DNA of 60,705 nucleotides, counting the filler, from Sphacelaria rigidula (Eukaryota): assembly GCA_964200075.2 (NCBI GenBank). It is 8 parts of 8 records of this genome, joined end to end, with 100 filler letters (N's around TTAATTAATTAA, not from the genome) between each part and the next. Parts side by side here need not be neighbours in the genome. Positions count along the whole stretch, not along the records: positions 7,602 to 15,102 come from CAXNAA020014624.1; positions 15,203 to 22,703 come from CAXNAA020014625.1; positions 22,804 to 30,304 come from CAXNAA020014626.1; 5 more parts are not named here. One strand, written 5' to 3'. Below the pieces are notes generated by a model. It was not told where the DNA came from. It worked only from the letters and a program-made list of their open reading frames with translations, and searched no databases. The stretch's first letter is position 1. Each line of letters opens with the position of its first letter. The position numbers and the translations under genes are program-made. Below are positions 11,476 through 22,886 of this stretch, piece by piece.

Positions 11476-14400
11476 GAGGAGTGCTACGGTAGGGGTGCAC
11501 TTTTTTCGCGAAATTATATCTGAGGTCTGCCCGCCCTGGGTTAGTCGACCAGTGAAATGTCGCATGAATCGCGCATCCTTGCTCGCACGTTCGGCGCCAC
11601 TTGGATTATGTATCCCCCGAGGTTTAACATTCCCCTGTGCAACCCCCAATCCAGCCCCCACACGAGGAAATTCATATAATTAGTGTCTCATCCCACACCG
11701 CGTTTGCTCAACTGCACCACGACATGCCAGTAAGAAACCCGTGCTTGCGCACCACCCTCAGGACATCGAATGCTCGCCTTTTATGGTCTCTGCACCCGGT
11801 ACCTTTCTACGTATCCCTCGTCCACTATCCACTCGACCCCCGCGTCCCAAACTGTGCGTCGGTCTCCCTGCCACTCCAGTTTGTACTGATGACGTCGCGA
11901 CTTCCTATCTGTTTGAACTGCGGTCACGTTGGCTTCAAGCTTTTGTTTTGTCCTCCAAAGTCTTTTGCCCTCTGGCGAGCGCCGTCCCGTGAATTTCTGA
12001 GTGACTACTGTACCTGTGCCGAACAACTTCGGCCGTACTGGGCAACGATCAATATCCACCGAAGATGAAGGTACCGGATCAAAGTCCTCGGATGCGGATG
12101 AAGGGTTGGTCGACAGAAGGACAACGTTCGAGCGCGCAGTTTCAACCACGCCATTTCGTAGTGTATAATGCTTGCAGTCCTCCCCTGCTGCTACTGGTGT
12201 CATGTACCCACTAAGACTCTGCCCCAGCCCTGCTATACAACTGAGAGGGACCGCCCGCGACCTATCAGAGGTGGATTCCACGTCCGGCACGACGTACTCT
12301 GCCCGCTCCGTCTCCGCTGCTCGCTCAAGATCGACCACCCACATAATCGTATCGCCATCGGCGAACATGCCGTCGTGTGCGTTTTCAGATGGCGACCACG
12401 GACTCGGTGCTTTTCGGGCTACCAACACTGGCGCTATATCCTGACCGCGGTGTCCAGCAGGGTCCACGCGGATTAGAGCCGTGGACCCGTATGGTAAGCC
12501 GTCTGGAAGGCGTGCGAATAGGTCTTGGTGGTCGTACTCTTTGGCATTGATATGTTCGTCTCAGTCTTCGTTGACCTCCTTCCGACAGTACTCAGATGGA
12601 CCCGGCATGATGCCTTGACGGATGAAAGGACAATTCTCCGGCTCCCTCTTGATACATACTTTGCAGCTGCGGTAAGGGGTTAGGGAAGACGGAGGGCGAG
12701 GAACGCTACTGTTAGACAGGTGTTTGGCGAGGCCGTCGTCAAAAGTATTCCGTGTACTTTCCGTATGCATGTGTTCGCTTCAACAGGATTTTCCTAGCAT
12801 TCAAAGTCAGAGGGGCTCACAAGCAAGACAGCTGATACACGGCAATGACGCCAGTCGTGCCCGTCACTGCTGCCTTGCCAATAGCTTGGCAGCCTGGAAC
12901 TTCGATTTGCTTTGCTGTCGAATGGGCCGCCTGGCGCACGGCAGGTGTGATGTCGTCGACACCGAAAAACAGGAATTGTCTGCAGATAAGCGTGTGGGCA
13001 TGCTTATTGAGGAAGAACGTCCTCTGCTGTGGTGTGCTTCGTCCCTCGCCGATCCATATCTGCAGACGAACAGGAGAGGGGCATGGGAAATGCGGAAAAA
13101 TATCCCTTACAGAATTGAACGCGCAGAGAGGGGAAAAAACTCAACAATTCGAGTTACGCTCACATTTCCACTGTTGTCACGGCCCGAGGGCGCAAGGCTT
13201 CAAGAAATGATAAGATCGACACGGTACCTGCGTTAGTCCACTTTTTCACCACCTCACTTGAGGAGGTGCGTGTTACGCGCTGTCATCGTGTGCGGTTCAC
13301 ACCCGTAGAAGGGTGATGCTGTGGTAACGCCCTCCGCCGATGGAGTATACTGGGTACCGGGGCGAAGTCAGCACGCGAGGTGTCTATAGGCCGTCCCCGG
13401 TGCTAAGTATAACTGTTTTGATACATCTGCTTTCCCTGCAGTACCTGCTCCGACTGCATCCTTCCAGGAATACTTCGACTTCTGGCTTCCGAAACCGGCC
13501 ACGCGCCAGTATTATTCACAATGAATCGTAGGATATTGTTCCTGAAAGCAGCCGTCATATCCATGTGCTCTAAGGCCATTATCGTTGTGCCATCGTTTTG
13601 GCGTGGTAGGAGGCAGAGGGAGGATGGGGGGGAAGCTACCGCATCCTTACTGGATGCGGGGAGACGATCATCATAACATATACCACGCACGCGCCGGGTG
13701 CATCGACTCACCTTCGTCACGCACAATTGGTCCGTTCCAGCAGGCTTCCCGCCCCTCGTCGCGAAGACGGTGGTGCGCTCGTCAGTGTTAGCTTCCCGGA
13801 TAATGAATCCTAGACCCTTCTCCAGCTTCTCGCATATATCCTTAGCGCTAGCAATCACGGTCCACTGCTGATTGTTCACCATGGTACGCACGTATGTCTT
13901 CGTAACTGCACCTTCGCTGTCGGAGGAATTTTTGCCGTGGCTTGGGCCGAAGTAATGGTGCTCCATGTGAAAGTGTTTCTTGTTTGGCGCTCCGCGGCTG
14001 TCGAGGGCGAGGATCATGGCGCCTGCCACCCAGCCGAACTGGAATCGGCACTTGAATTGTTTTCCGCAGTGGTCGGAGAAGATAATCACACAGTTCATCG
14101 GAGGCGCCCCCATCTTCCGTAGTATAGCCGGAATATCGTCGCTCAGCACCCTCGTCAACACATGTTGGACCCATGCGTTATCTTGAGCCATGTCGTCGCT
14201 TAATATCACGAATGAGTATGCCCAGACGCGCCCGTTGATTCTGAACAATATATAGCAGGGGAAGATGGTAGTGGCGTCGTGGTTCCAGTGTTGACTCTGA
14301 ACCTGGTCTTGCTCTTTGACTTGCAGCTGTTCCTGGAAGTCTACAACCAAGACAACTTCCCCATCTTCCATCGTGAGCCTTTTCTCGTTGAACGCTGTGC

Positions 14401-14918
14401 GTTGCATTTTTTGTATTGTCTTCTGTGGCAGATATACCTAGAAAATATGTCCGAAAATTCGAGCATGAAGTCGTCTACCGTTCCTTTCTTCTCTGCAATT
14501 GCCTGCAGAGCAGCACCGGAGACAGGACGAAATAGGGGATTCACGAGGAAAGGTGGGATACATCCCTGTGATGCGCGTTCCAGAACCGTGTGCGTCTTTC
14601 GTCTTTCTTGCGTCATATTGTGGATGAGGTGCATGTGGAAGCGGACGTGAGATGTCGGCCCCAAAGTGTTGGGTGGTTCCTCGTCTAAGGAGCCTCCGAT
14701 ACCGAACAATAAAGTATCCATTTTGCTTCATGCTGGAAAACGTCCTCGAAGGTGATAAAGGAGTCGTATATTTCGACCTATATTTTTGTAATCCATATGC
14801 TCTCACGTTTATATCTATGAACGTCAGGACGTTCCAGGTTTTGTGAAGATCCCTTTCGATTGTCCCTAGCCCATTGGATGGACCGGTGATCATGGCGTGC
14901 CGTCACATATATCCCAAT
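11476..14918 (-). mobile_element. Sola2-type DNA transposon (one TIR plus decayed spliced transposase)
   Basis: TIR GAGGAGTGCTACGGTAGGGGTGCACTTTTTTCGCGAAA at 11476. The transposase lies on the minus strand, and further coding-like minus-strand segments occupy 11781-12770. Confidence 0.7.
13403..14502 (-). pseudogene. Sola2-family DDD transposase catalytic region
   Basis: Motifs VVDFQEQ..QVQSQHW..TIFP, ILSDD..DNAWV, IIFSDHCGKQFK and HYFGPSHGKNSSDSEGAVTK match the Sola2 pattern DFxEN..QSxHW..SDG..QxK..HGK..DGxG. Acceptor at 14503, +1 frameshift in an A-run near 14408, and a gtgag donor near 13711. Confidence 0.8.
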
Positions 14919-15102
14919 GAGCAATGCTACGGTAGGGATGCACTTTTTTCGCGAAATCATGTCTTAGTCAGGGGCTCCTAACAACTCTAGATGCACAAAA
15001 ATATGGGTCAGGGCACCCCCGTTTACAAAGTCATTCGGAATATCCCCAGCACATTGGAGTAGTAATCCTGGCGTACTTTCACATATTTTCATAGGTCGTG
15101 TT
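14919..15102 (+). mobile_element. End of a second Sola2-family element, apparently nested in the first
   Basis: GAGCAATGCTACGGTAGGGATGCACTTTTTTCGCGAAAT is in the same orientation as the 11476 TIR, lies on the 5' side of the transposase, and runs off the contig. Confidence 0.65.
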
Positions 15103-15202
15103 NNNNNNNNNNNNNNNNNNNNNNNNNNNNNNNNNNNNNNNNNNNNTTAATTAATTAANNNNNNNNNNNNNNNNNNNNNNNNNNNNNNNNNNNNNNNNNN
15201 NN
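15103..15202. other. Artificial contig linker
   Basis: N44-TTAATTAATTAA-N44. Confidence 0.99.
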
Positions 15203-15270
15203 GTGGGGAAAGCACTGTTTTAAGCTTGAACCTCATCTCGGAGTTAAACCTCAATTCGCATAATTTGTTG
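15203..15270 (-). repeat. Dispersed repeat end (family C), copy 1
   Basis: Reverse complement matches 22635-22703 with about 4 mismatches and also matches 60662-60705. Confidence 0.9.
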
Positions 15271-16164
15271 TTTGTATTGTCGAAACAACAATATTGGAAG
15301 GTGGAAACAATCGTCACGTGACGGCTGTGCAGCCGTCTGTTACGTCTCCCCTGGTACCTCAGCCAATGCCGGGTGCTGTGATGGGGGAAGACACGCGAGG
15401 CGGGTGCGTGCAGGTTGGGGCAAATAACCTGAGCCGGCACGGAGCTGCTGTACCCTGGTTTATTGACGGTAGTAGCTGTCTGTGTCGCAGCAACGCAATG
15501 TGTGGGCCAATCAAAGCTACTCTTCGAGTCGTATTCAACTCATTGTTCTCATCTGATCGAAGAAAGGTCGCCGCATTTTGGTGTATTTCAAGACTATGGT
15601 TGGTCGAAAAACCTTTTCTACTCATACTTCTTGCCCCTATTTGTGGGCCCAGTGCCGTTTCTCGCGCTAAAGCTCGATAGCGTGTCATGGTTTCGACTTT
15701 TCATATATACATCTTCAAACGAGAATCATATGGTGGTGATGACAGCTTCCCAACGCCACATTTTCTGAGCAGGAGGTAGGCATTCTCCCTTCCCCTCGTT
15801 TAGTAGAGGGAGACTCGCTGCATGTGTTGCTGTGATCCCACCTGGCGGGAGTCTCGTCTACCGAAACAAGTAACCGGGCGGGAAATGCGACGCCTGGTAT
15901 TTGGCACCTGTTTCAATATTATTCCGGAACATGTTGCCGGAAGCCGCTCCCAGGAAGGGGTGTACTGCACACGCGGTCATCCGGCTACCTCGTAAAGGAA
16001 TTTTCAGACGCCATCCTCTCGGTTGCGTCCGTTTTGAAATCCCCCCCTAGATCTTGAGTATTCGTAATCCTCAAGAGGATTTTCAATGTCGGGGCCCTCG
16101 AAGGCTGTGTCGATATTAGAATTCCCTGGATTGTTTTTGGAGGCACAAGTACTATTGAAAGTTG

Positions 16165-16264
16165 GAATTTTCACAGCCTCTGCTGTTTGAAATAAATCCT
16201 GATTCCAAATTATTGGAATCAGGCAAAAATAATTTATTTCGCACAGCAGAGGCTGTGAAAATCC
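16165..16264. repeat. ~100-bp nested palindrome
   Basis: 30-bp arms ttttcacagcctctgctg(tt/tg)...gaaataaat enclose a perfect 11-bp stem cctgattccaa/ttggaatcagg. Confidence 0.85.
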
Positions 16265-17679
16265 GATATACTCTCGCAGATGGAATTTGTACACCAGAAA
16301 CGTTTCGAAATAAATCCTCATTTTTCCCGCTAATACCTGAAATTGGGCAAAAAAAAACTCATTTGAGAGCAGCTTCTGCTGTTCAAGTCCGACATACTGC
16401 ACCGTATCAGTGGACGAGATTCGAGAAACAGCAGAAGTCGTTGAAAACTCATCCTCTTGCCCCCCATTTCATATATCAATTAGGCAAGCGGATCGAAGTC
16501 TTCGACAAGCTTGGCTGGTTTCAAATCCCATACACTGATTGTGAGTGTATGTACACACAGCCATGCCACACAACCTTAGCGTGTGGTTACGGTGCTGACA
16601 CTGAATGAACCTCACATATTTAAACACACAGGTTTTCAAAACCCCGTAGTCCTGGGTTTACCATGCGAACACCAAAGTGCAGCATTTTTTCACACACGAA
16701 AAATTATGATCGCCGTTTTTTCTGTACGTTGAGGACGATATGACCGTAACAACCATCACAACAATAAGTATGGTTTGATGCTGTACTGAACTGTACAAAA
16801 CTATGCAGGAGAGTATCATATCATGCTGATATACGTGCGGTGCAATATACGGCAGAGTTGGCGCGAAATATGCGCCACGTACGGCTGAACAAAGTGGATG
16901 CCTGTATTTCTGGGTGCATGGGGGTGTTATATACCGTCAGCTACTGAGTATACGTCACGATGCCCGTACTTGCAGCATGCTCACCGCTGCAGTCAGTAGG
17001 ACGTGAAAGGGAAGCGGACAAAGTACAGTAAAGACAGCGCAAGACTGCATGTATGTTTTTTGCTTACAGTGGGACGTGAATAGGACTTGAACAGTGTGCG
17101 CAACTTTTTCTGCCTGCACTGTCCATAGGTGTGTATGCAGTAAACCCCGAGTTGTTGCCCGCACCATACCCCGCTGCTCAAGTTGAAACTTCCACCAACA
17201 AGACATACATCATGCCCAACTACTGCGGTGTTTATCTATATCCCTGTGCCCAACTCGTGCTCTTTGTTGCAGGGTTATTGTGGTGGTATTATAGCTGGGA
17301 AGAAGTGTTGTCGGGTTTGCAATTCAATTTGTAAGCGGCGGGTGATACGTATATTATATCACGCGTGATGGTCCCAAAGGTCCCCTGGAAGCAGTTAGGA
17401 CACAAGTGCACACGTGTAAATGTACATGCTGGAGGATACTGCACGGCCATGCCCTCCGGAGTCGCAACGAATGCCTTAGAGGCCATAGTCGGTCCCTCCT
17501 CCACAGGAATGATGCTCACATTTCCCTCTGCTGTTCCTATTTCCCTCTAAGGGACGTTCACGAAAACCACGTACCCCAGAGCACCATATTTTTGGTACTC
17601 TGGAGGGATTCAGACCTCGGAGTTCACTGGAGCTTCAGATGCCCTTCAGAGGATTCGTTTCATGACCGGAACCGAGTGT

Positions 17680-17744
17680 AAAATACTCTCTAGAGGGTAT
17701 TTTCATCCTCCCGAGGGTCACTTTACCCTCGAGAGGATGAAAAT
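17680..17744. repeat. Overlapping palindromes
   Basis: aaaatactctctagagggtatttt, plus 20-bp arms attttcatcctcccgagggt / accctcgagaggatgaaaat (one mismatch, 6-nt loop). Confidence 0.8.
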
Positions 17745-18949
17745 CGCGTTAGAGGATTTTAAGAGGGTAGCCGAATGGCCGCGTGTGTGACGGATGTGGT
17801 GTTTTACGAAGTTGATGACGCGCATGTCAAGAATTTCATGTTGCATAACATATGTGAGTCAATGTTCAGGGGCATCAAGCTAAAATACGGAGGCTTGTTC
17901 ACTGAGTAACAGGCGGGACATTATGCGGGACAATAGGAAACTATTGGAATTGTTGCGCAGCCTTCGAGAATGCCGTGGTGTGAAGGTTGTTCTGAAAAGA
18001 TATCATTGACTAATTAGATATGCAGGTCAGTCAAGAACTCGACAGATGAACAGATTCGGCGGTTGGATACTTTTCTAGATTTGGCGGAGCATGCGACAGT
18101 GAGAGTTCTCGAGAAATATTCTTAATATGGGAATACCGATTGATTGTCCGAGAAGGTAGCAAGGTAGCGTAGCGATCTTCGTTGTGACCGTCCCACATGA
18201 CCTCACTCTTCATCACTTCTCTTCACTTCTCTTCTTGAGGTTCTTCCCGTGTGGGACCCTTTGTCTGTTTGTTTGGGACCTGCCACATGGACAAGAAATA
18301 ATATTATACATTCGTGGTCAGACACCTGCGGTGTTCACTCCTGGGACGAGGTCAGCATAAAGCTGCCTGCGCCAACCTCTGCAGTCGCCTGCCAAAAAGA
18401 GTACAACGGTCTCCTCGGCTACCATAATCCTCAACATCGCCCTTCATCAAGACGAACAGCACACCAATCACAGATCCTTACAGGAATGAAATATGACCGA
18501 TGAACAAAATAGTCGCACACAGATTTAAGCCAGTCAACATAATATATACGATATACAGATGGTGCTGCGCGGATGGTCCTGCCTACAGCGAATAACGGCA
18601 CAGCGAACACCGGACACAGGGTCGCGACGGGCTCTTGTAACTACCGCTCCTGTTTCATGTCTACATCTTTTCTCCTCTTCTTTGCGATGTGTCGAGGCCC
18701 GTGCACCTCAGCAACTGCCCGCCATGCATGGCTGGGGTAGTTCCGTCGGATGCGGTAGCCGGCTGAACATAATCTAGCTCATCTTTCTCATTTTCGCCCT
18801 CCTTGGACACAGTAATAGAAAGCCTCATGCACTGGGTGCATTGTCGCGGGAAGTTGTAGGTATGCCATGGCCAGTTGAGACCAGGTATCATTTATGTAAT
18901 TAATTCACTCTCGTATTTGCCCACTCACACATAACACACACATACATGC

Positions 18950-21300
18950 TGAAACCACCACTGAATCAGAACTGACAAACAACGAACAACAACTGAATCA
19001 AGTCGGGCGGGAAATCGTTCATACAAAATCATACGTCATGATTCCATATTTTTGGCACGCGAAAAGGCGTGTGCCCCCAGTAGATTTGTGCCGCAAGCAC
19101 TAGATCGGGTATACCTCAAATAACAGAACTAGTCTCTTATTCGTACTTCCCCTGTATGTCAAGATCCAATCTTGATATCCATTTCCCCTGTTTCCAGGCA
19201 GATCCTGGAGCGTAAGTCTAATCGATTAGCCTCCCTGCTTACGGCTCTAGGACTGATAGTTTATCCTAAATACATAGTGCCTCATTCTAAAAACGGGAAA
19301 ATACTTCATGTTCTGTAGGACATAAATCCAACACTATATTACCAAGAAATGAAAAAGAAAACCCGATCCCGTCAGGAAAAAACCTTTCCAGCCACGCACA
19401 GACGTCGCAAACTCGCCTACTTTAGCAATCGAAGGCTCAAATCCTGAATATAATCAGTTATTATTGGTAACCTACCCATGCTCCATTTCAACAATTGTTT
19501 GCGTCAGTCAGCATAAAACAAATAGATACATGTGTATCAATCTCAATCATTACCAATTCCCAAGTCTTCCTTGGAACAACCAAATATCACACATGAATGT
19601 GCAGTGGACACCCTTTTCATACTCCTCAGTTTTCATGATGACATTCGATATACACACACTCAACCTTCCAATACTCGAATATGTCAAAAACGCACTATTC
19701 TCATGGTAACAAGATGCTCTTGTTCATGTGAAATTCGATTCAACATACCGTCTACAACACGATCTACATCAGGCAAGTGTCTACAGTCAACATGTCCAGT
19801 GACCGAGGTACCATTCCACTGAACAATAACATAACTCCTCGAAATAGTATGCAAAATAAACACTGCAAAATGAAAACTTGCAGTAGTGGTGTGTCTACCC
19901 CTTCCCCTCGAGTTCGAGAACAAAATTCAAATTCAAATCGAATCAATTCAAGTTTAAATCGCTCAAACTAGAGGTATGCTCGAACACAAAATACATAGAT
20001 TTCCCATCTGTCCCAACATAAGAACACAAGATCTGCTCCTGTTTGTACCACTCTGTATCCTAGAAAAACAACATTAGTCTCCCTGATCTCGACCATATAT
20101 CAACTGCCTAGAATAGTTGATATAATCCACGTGAGTGAAAACTTGCAAGCTTGGATCCTTTTAATGTCAGAACACGAAAAAATCTCTTTCGAACCTGGAT
20201 TACTTCATAGACCCTAGAATACCCAGAGAAAATTTATGTACCAGTACACTCGTGCATTTCAGAACGACTTGTACTGCTTATATCCTATCAGGAAGAAACT
20301 CGGAACATAAAACCAAACTCTGTAAGCACTAAAAATATTGTAACCAAAACTAGCGGTTGATCAGTCCACTTAATTTCGAATTACTGATCTTTGATGCAAA
20401 TTTCGCTCGTCATCCGGCCCGATCAACTCCCCAAATCGTCAAACTCATCGTCCCACTCTTAGAATATTTTCTCTTTCACAAAAAAATCAATCCCTGTATA
20501 CCACAGTCCAAGTGCATGCAAAGAAGTCGAATGAGAAGTTACTCTGCATAAGCAGTACACTCACCCAAATTTCAGGACGGATATTACTCCTTGAATAAAC
20601 GCCACACCCTGGAGAGAACATAACATAAATTTCTCCGTATTAAAACGCCTCCCCACGATTCAGTATTACATATTGGTTTGCAAGGAGTATTGCTTCCAGG
20701 TAGTACATGAAAACATAACATCGATGACCGCAGAGTCAATTATCGTGAGTTATCCTGGTGCATAGTCAGTCCCGCACGTTGAACGGCGGGTGAATAGTCA
20801 ATTGTTTAGTGACGCCCAAGACTTGAAAACCGTTCCACTCTCGCAAGTACTCGAGATTGAATCCACGCCATGTTCTTTCCGCAATTGAAAATGTCCAACC
20901 CAAAATACAGAGCCGGTGAATCACTTTGTCAAAAACGTTCTAGCGCGGATCTCAATATATCAAATTCCCGCTCGAAATCCATAACCCACGGATCAAATGA
21001 TCCAAAATACCCCGCCGTGGATCACCCCATCACATGAGTTTTCTCTCAAAATACTCCGCTATGGATAACCCCATCACATGAGTTTTTTTCATTTTTAATT
21101 ACCCGAAAAGAGAATCATGGAAGCAAATAGTCAATTCCCCCCCCACTATTTTCTTTCTCGATGATTTCAAAATCATTGCAATCATGTGAAGGATCAAGTT
21201 AAAAAAATCATAACTAAAGTACGGTCGTACTTCGTAGGGCGTAGGGAACAAAAACTAGAACAATCACACAAAAAATGCAACCACGGAACGTTTCACATGG
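18950..21300 (-). pseudogene. Heavily decayed family-B DNA polymerase (probable endogenous DNA virus)
   Basis: Degenerate motifs in canonical order across frameshifts: ExoI-like FSYDF (~21210); FEREFDIL...YFGLDIF...MAWIQSR (~20980-20850); region II ISVLKFG*VY / MQSNFSFD (20578-20525; cf. VLDFxSLYPS..NxS); GILGSM..RKR (~20220); QACK (~20150); IVQWNGTSV (~19815; cf. YGDTDS); KVECVY/NVIMK (~19655). No introns are evident. Boundaries are approximate. Confidence 0.5.
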
Positions 21301-21963
21301 TTGGCATGTCACGTTGCTGCGAACGACGAGACGAAAATATTCCGAATCAAATCCAAACTCCCAAAGATATCAAATGATAAAAACCTAAATTCCAAAGTGT
21401 GTTTGGTTCCTGCCCTGGCTCCTGCTAAGTTCCCCAGGAGGTTGTGTTGTCGTCGCCCAGGCCGCGGTCGCTGTTTTCGGTTTGGTTCTCGCGGTGTCAC
21501 GGTCCGGGCTTCGTCATTTTTGTGCACATCCGCCTGGGTTCGAAAGCAGTTGCCTCGCCATAGAGAGTGGCTCGCAGCACCGGGGGCAGGGCACGCGTGC
21601 GGTAGAAAATAATCGCAAAAGTAAGTCGTCCGTTGTATTCATGCAAAAAATCGAAAAATATTCGAAAACATCGTACATGCGTCATATCAGAGATGAAATT
21701 CATCCCCTACAAGCCCATGCGTCTTTCCTCGCAACGCAACAAAGAAATGAATTTTGCGAAAAACAACAGTATCATTTCGTGGGTACACAAAATCCGCCCA
21801 AACGGTCGACGAGGGGAAGGGACTGCGCTTAACTTCCCTCGCGATAAAAAATATGAGCAAGCATTGCAGAAGGTGGAGTACTAAAACAAACGAGGAAGAA
21901 GTACAAATCCTGTGTTGACCCTCCTTTCAGACTCCGGCTAGTGTGCCCTCATATACCGAAAGG

Positions 21964-22007
21964 TGTAGACCGGCGTCCAGAATAGATGGGACGACAACTC
22001 ACACACG
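21964..22007 (-). mobile_element. LTR family B terminal fragment
   Basis: tgtagaccggcgtccagaatagatgggacgacaac resembles 7604 tgtagactggtgcccagaataaatgggacggcaac. Confidence 0.6.
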
Positions 22008-22634
22008 CAGTGCTACTTATATTTTGCTGGCTCGCCACGACTAAAACAATTCAACTGCAGCATGTTTGCACAGCAGTGTAAATTACACAAGCTCGTCAAG
22101 CTATCCTATCCTGTGAATCAATAATTTTGATTAACCGGGGGGCGAAAGCATGAAAATTTCAAACAGTACATGCTTGCTCAACGTGTTTTTTCTAAATGCT
22201 TGGGGAACCATGTAAGCTCTACAAACAGTATAGTGCTTGCCAAAATATACCCATGGATCCAAGATTGATCACGCCGGGGGGGTAGGGGAGCATGATCAAC
22301 AAACAAATTCCACAAACTAAAATCAAATGGCATATCATTGGTCCGCATTTGCCCGCAGCACAAGAAACTGTACGTAGCCAACCGGAATGCAGCATGGTTT
22401 GCAACCAAATTGCCTGAAGTATAGTACACGGATGGCAGTTGAATATGAGATATTGCTGCGTGATCATTCATAACACTTCGCAATTCCGTTTCTGCTTGCA
22501 GTCGGCGCGCTCAACGTGCTTGTTCAATGTCCGACAACACAAAAACAATCGCATCTCATTTCACCAGCCAATGTGATCTTACCCTCCTGTACTCTACATT
22601 ACGGTCAGTTGAAGTCCTGACTGTCAATCCATAT

Positions 22635-22703
22635 CAACAAATTGTGCGAATTGAGGTTTAGCTCCGAGATGAGGTTCAAGCCTAAAACAGGGCTTTCCCC
22701 ACA
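22635..22703 (+). repeat. Dispersed repeat end (family C), copy 2
   Basis: caacaaattgtgcgaattgaggtttagctccgagatgaggttcaag..., inverted relative to 15203-15270. Confidence 0.9.
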
Positions 22704-22803
22704 NNNNNNNNNNNNNNNNNNNNNNNNNNNNNNNNNNNNNNNNNNNNTTAATTAATTAANNNNNNNNNNNNNNNNNNNNNNNNNNNNNNNNNNNNNNNNN
22801 NNN
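22704..22803. other. Artificial contig linker
   Basis: N44-TTAATTAATTAA-N44. Confidence 0.99.
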
Positions 22804-22854
22804 CGGGTGTGGCGAGCGGGGCTCGAGGGCGGCGGGGACGCGGGGGGGGGGGGG

Positions 22855-22886
<32 letters not shown>

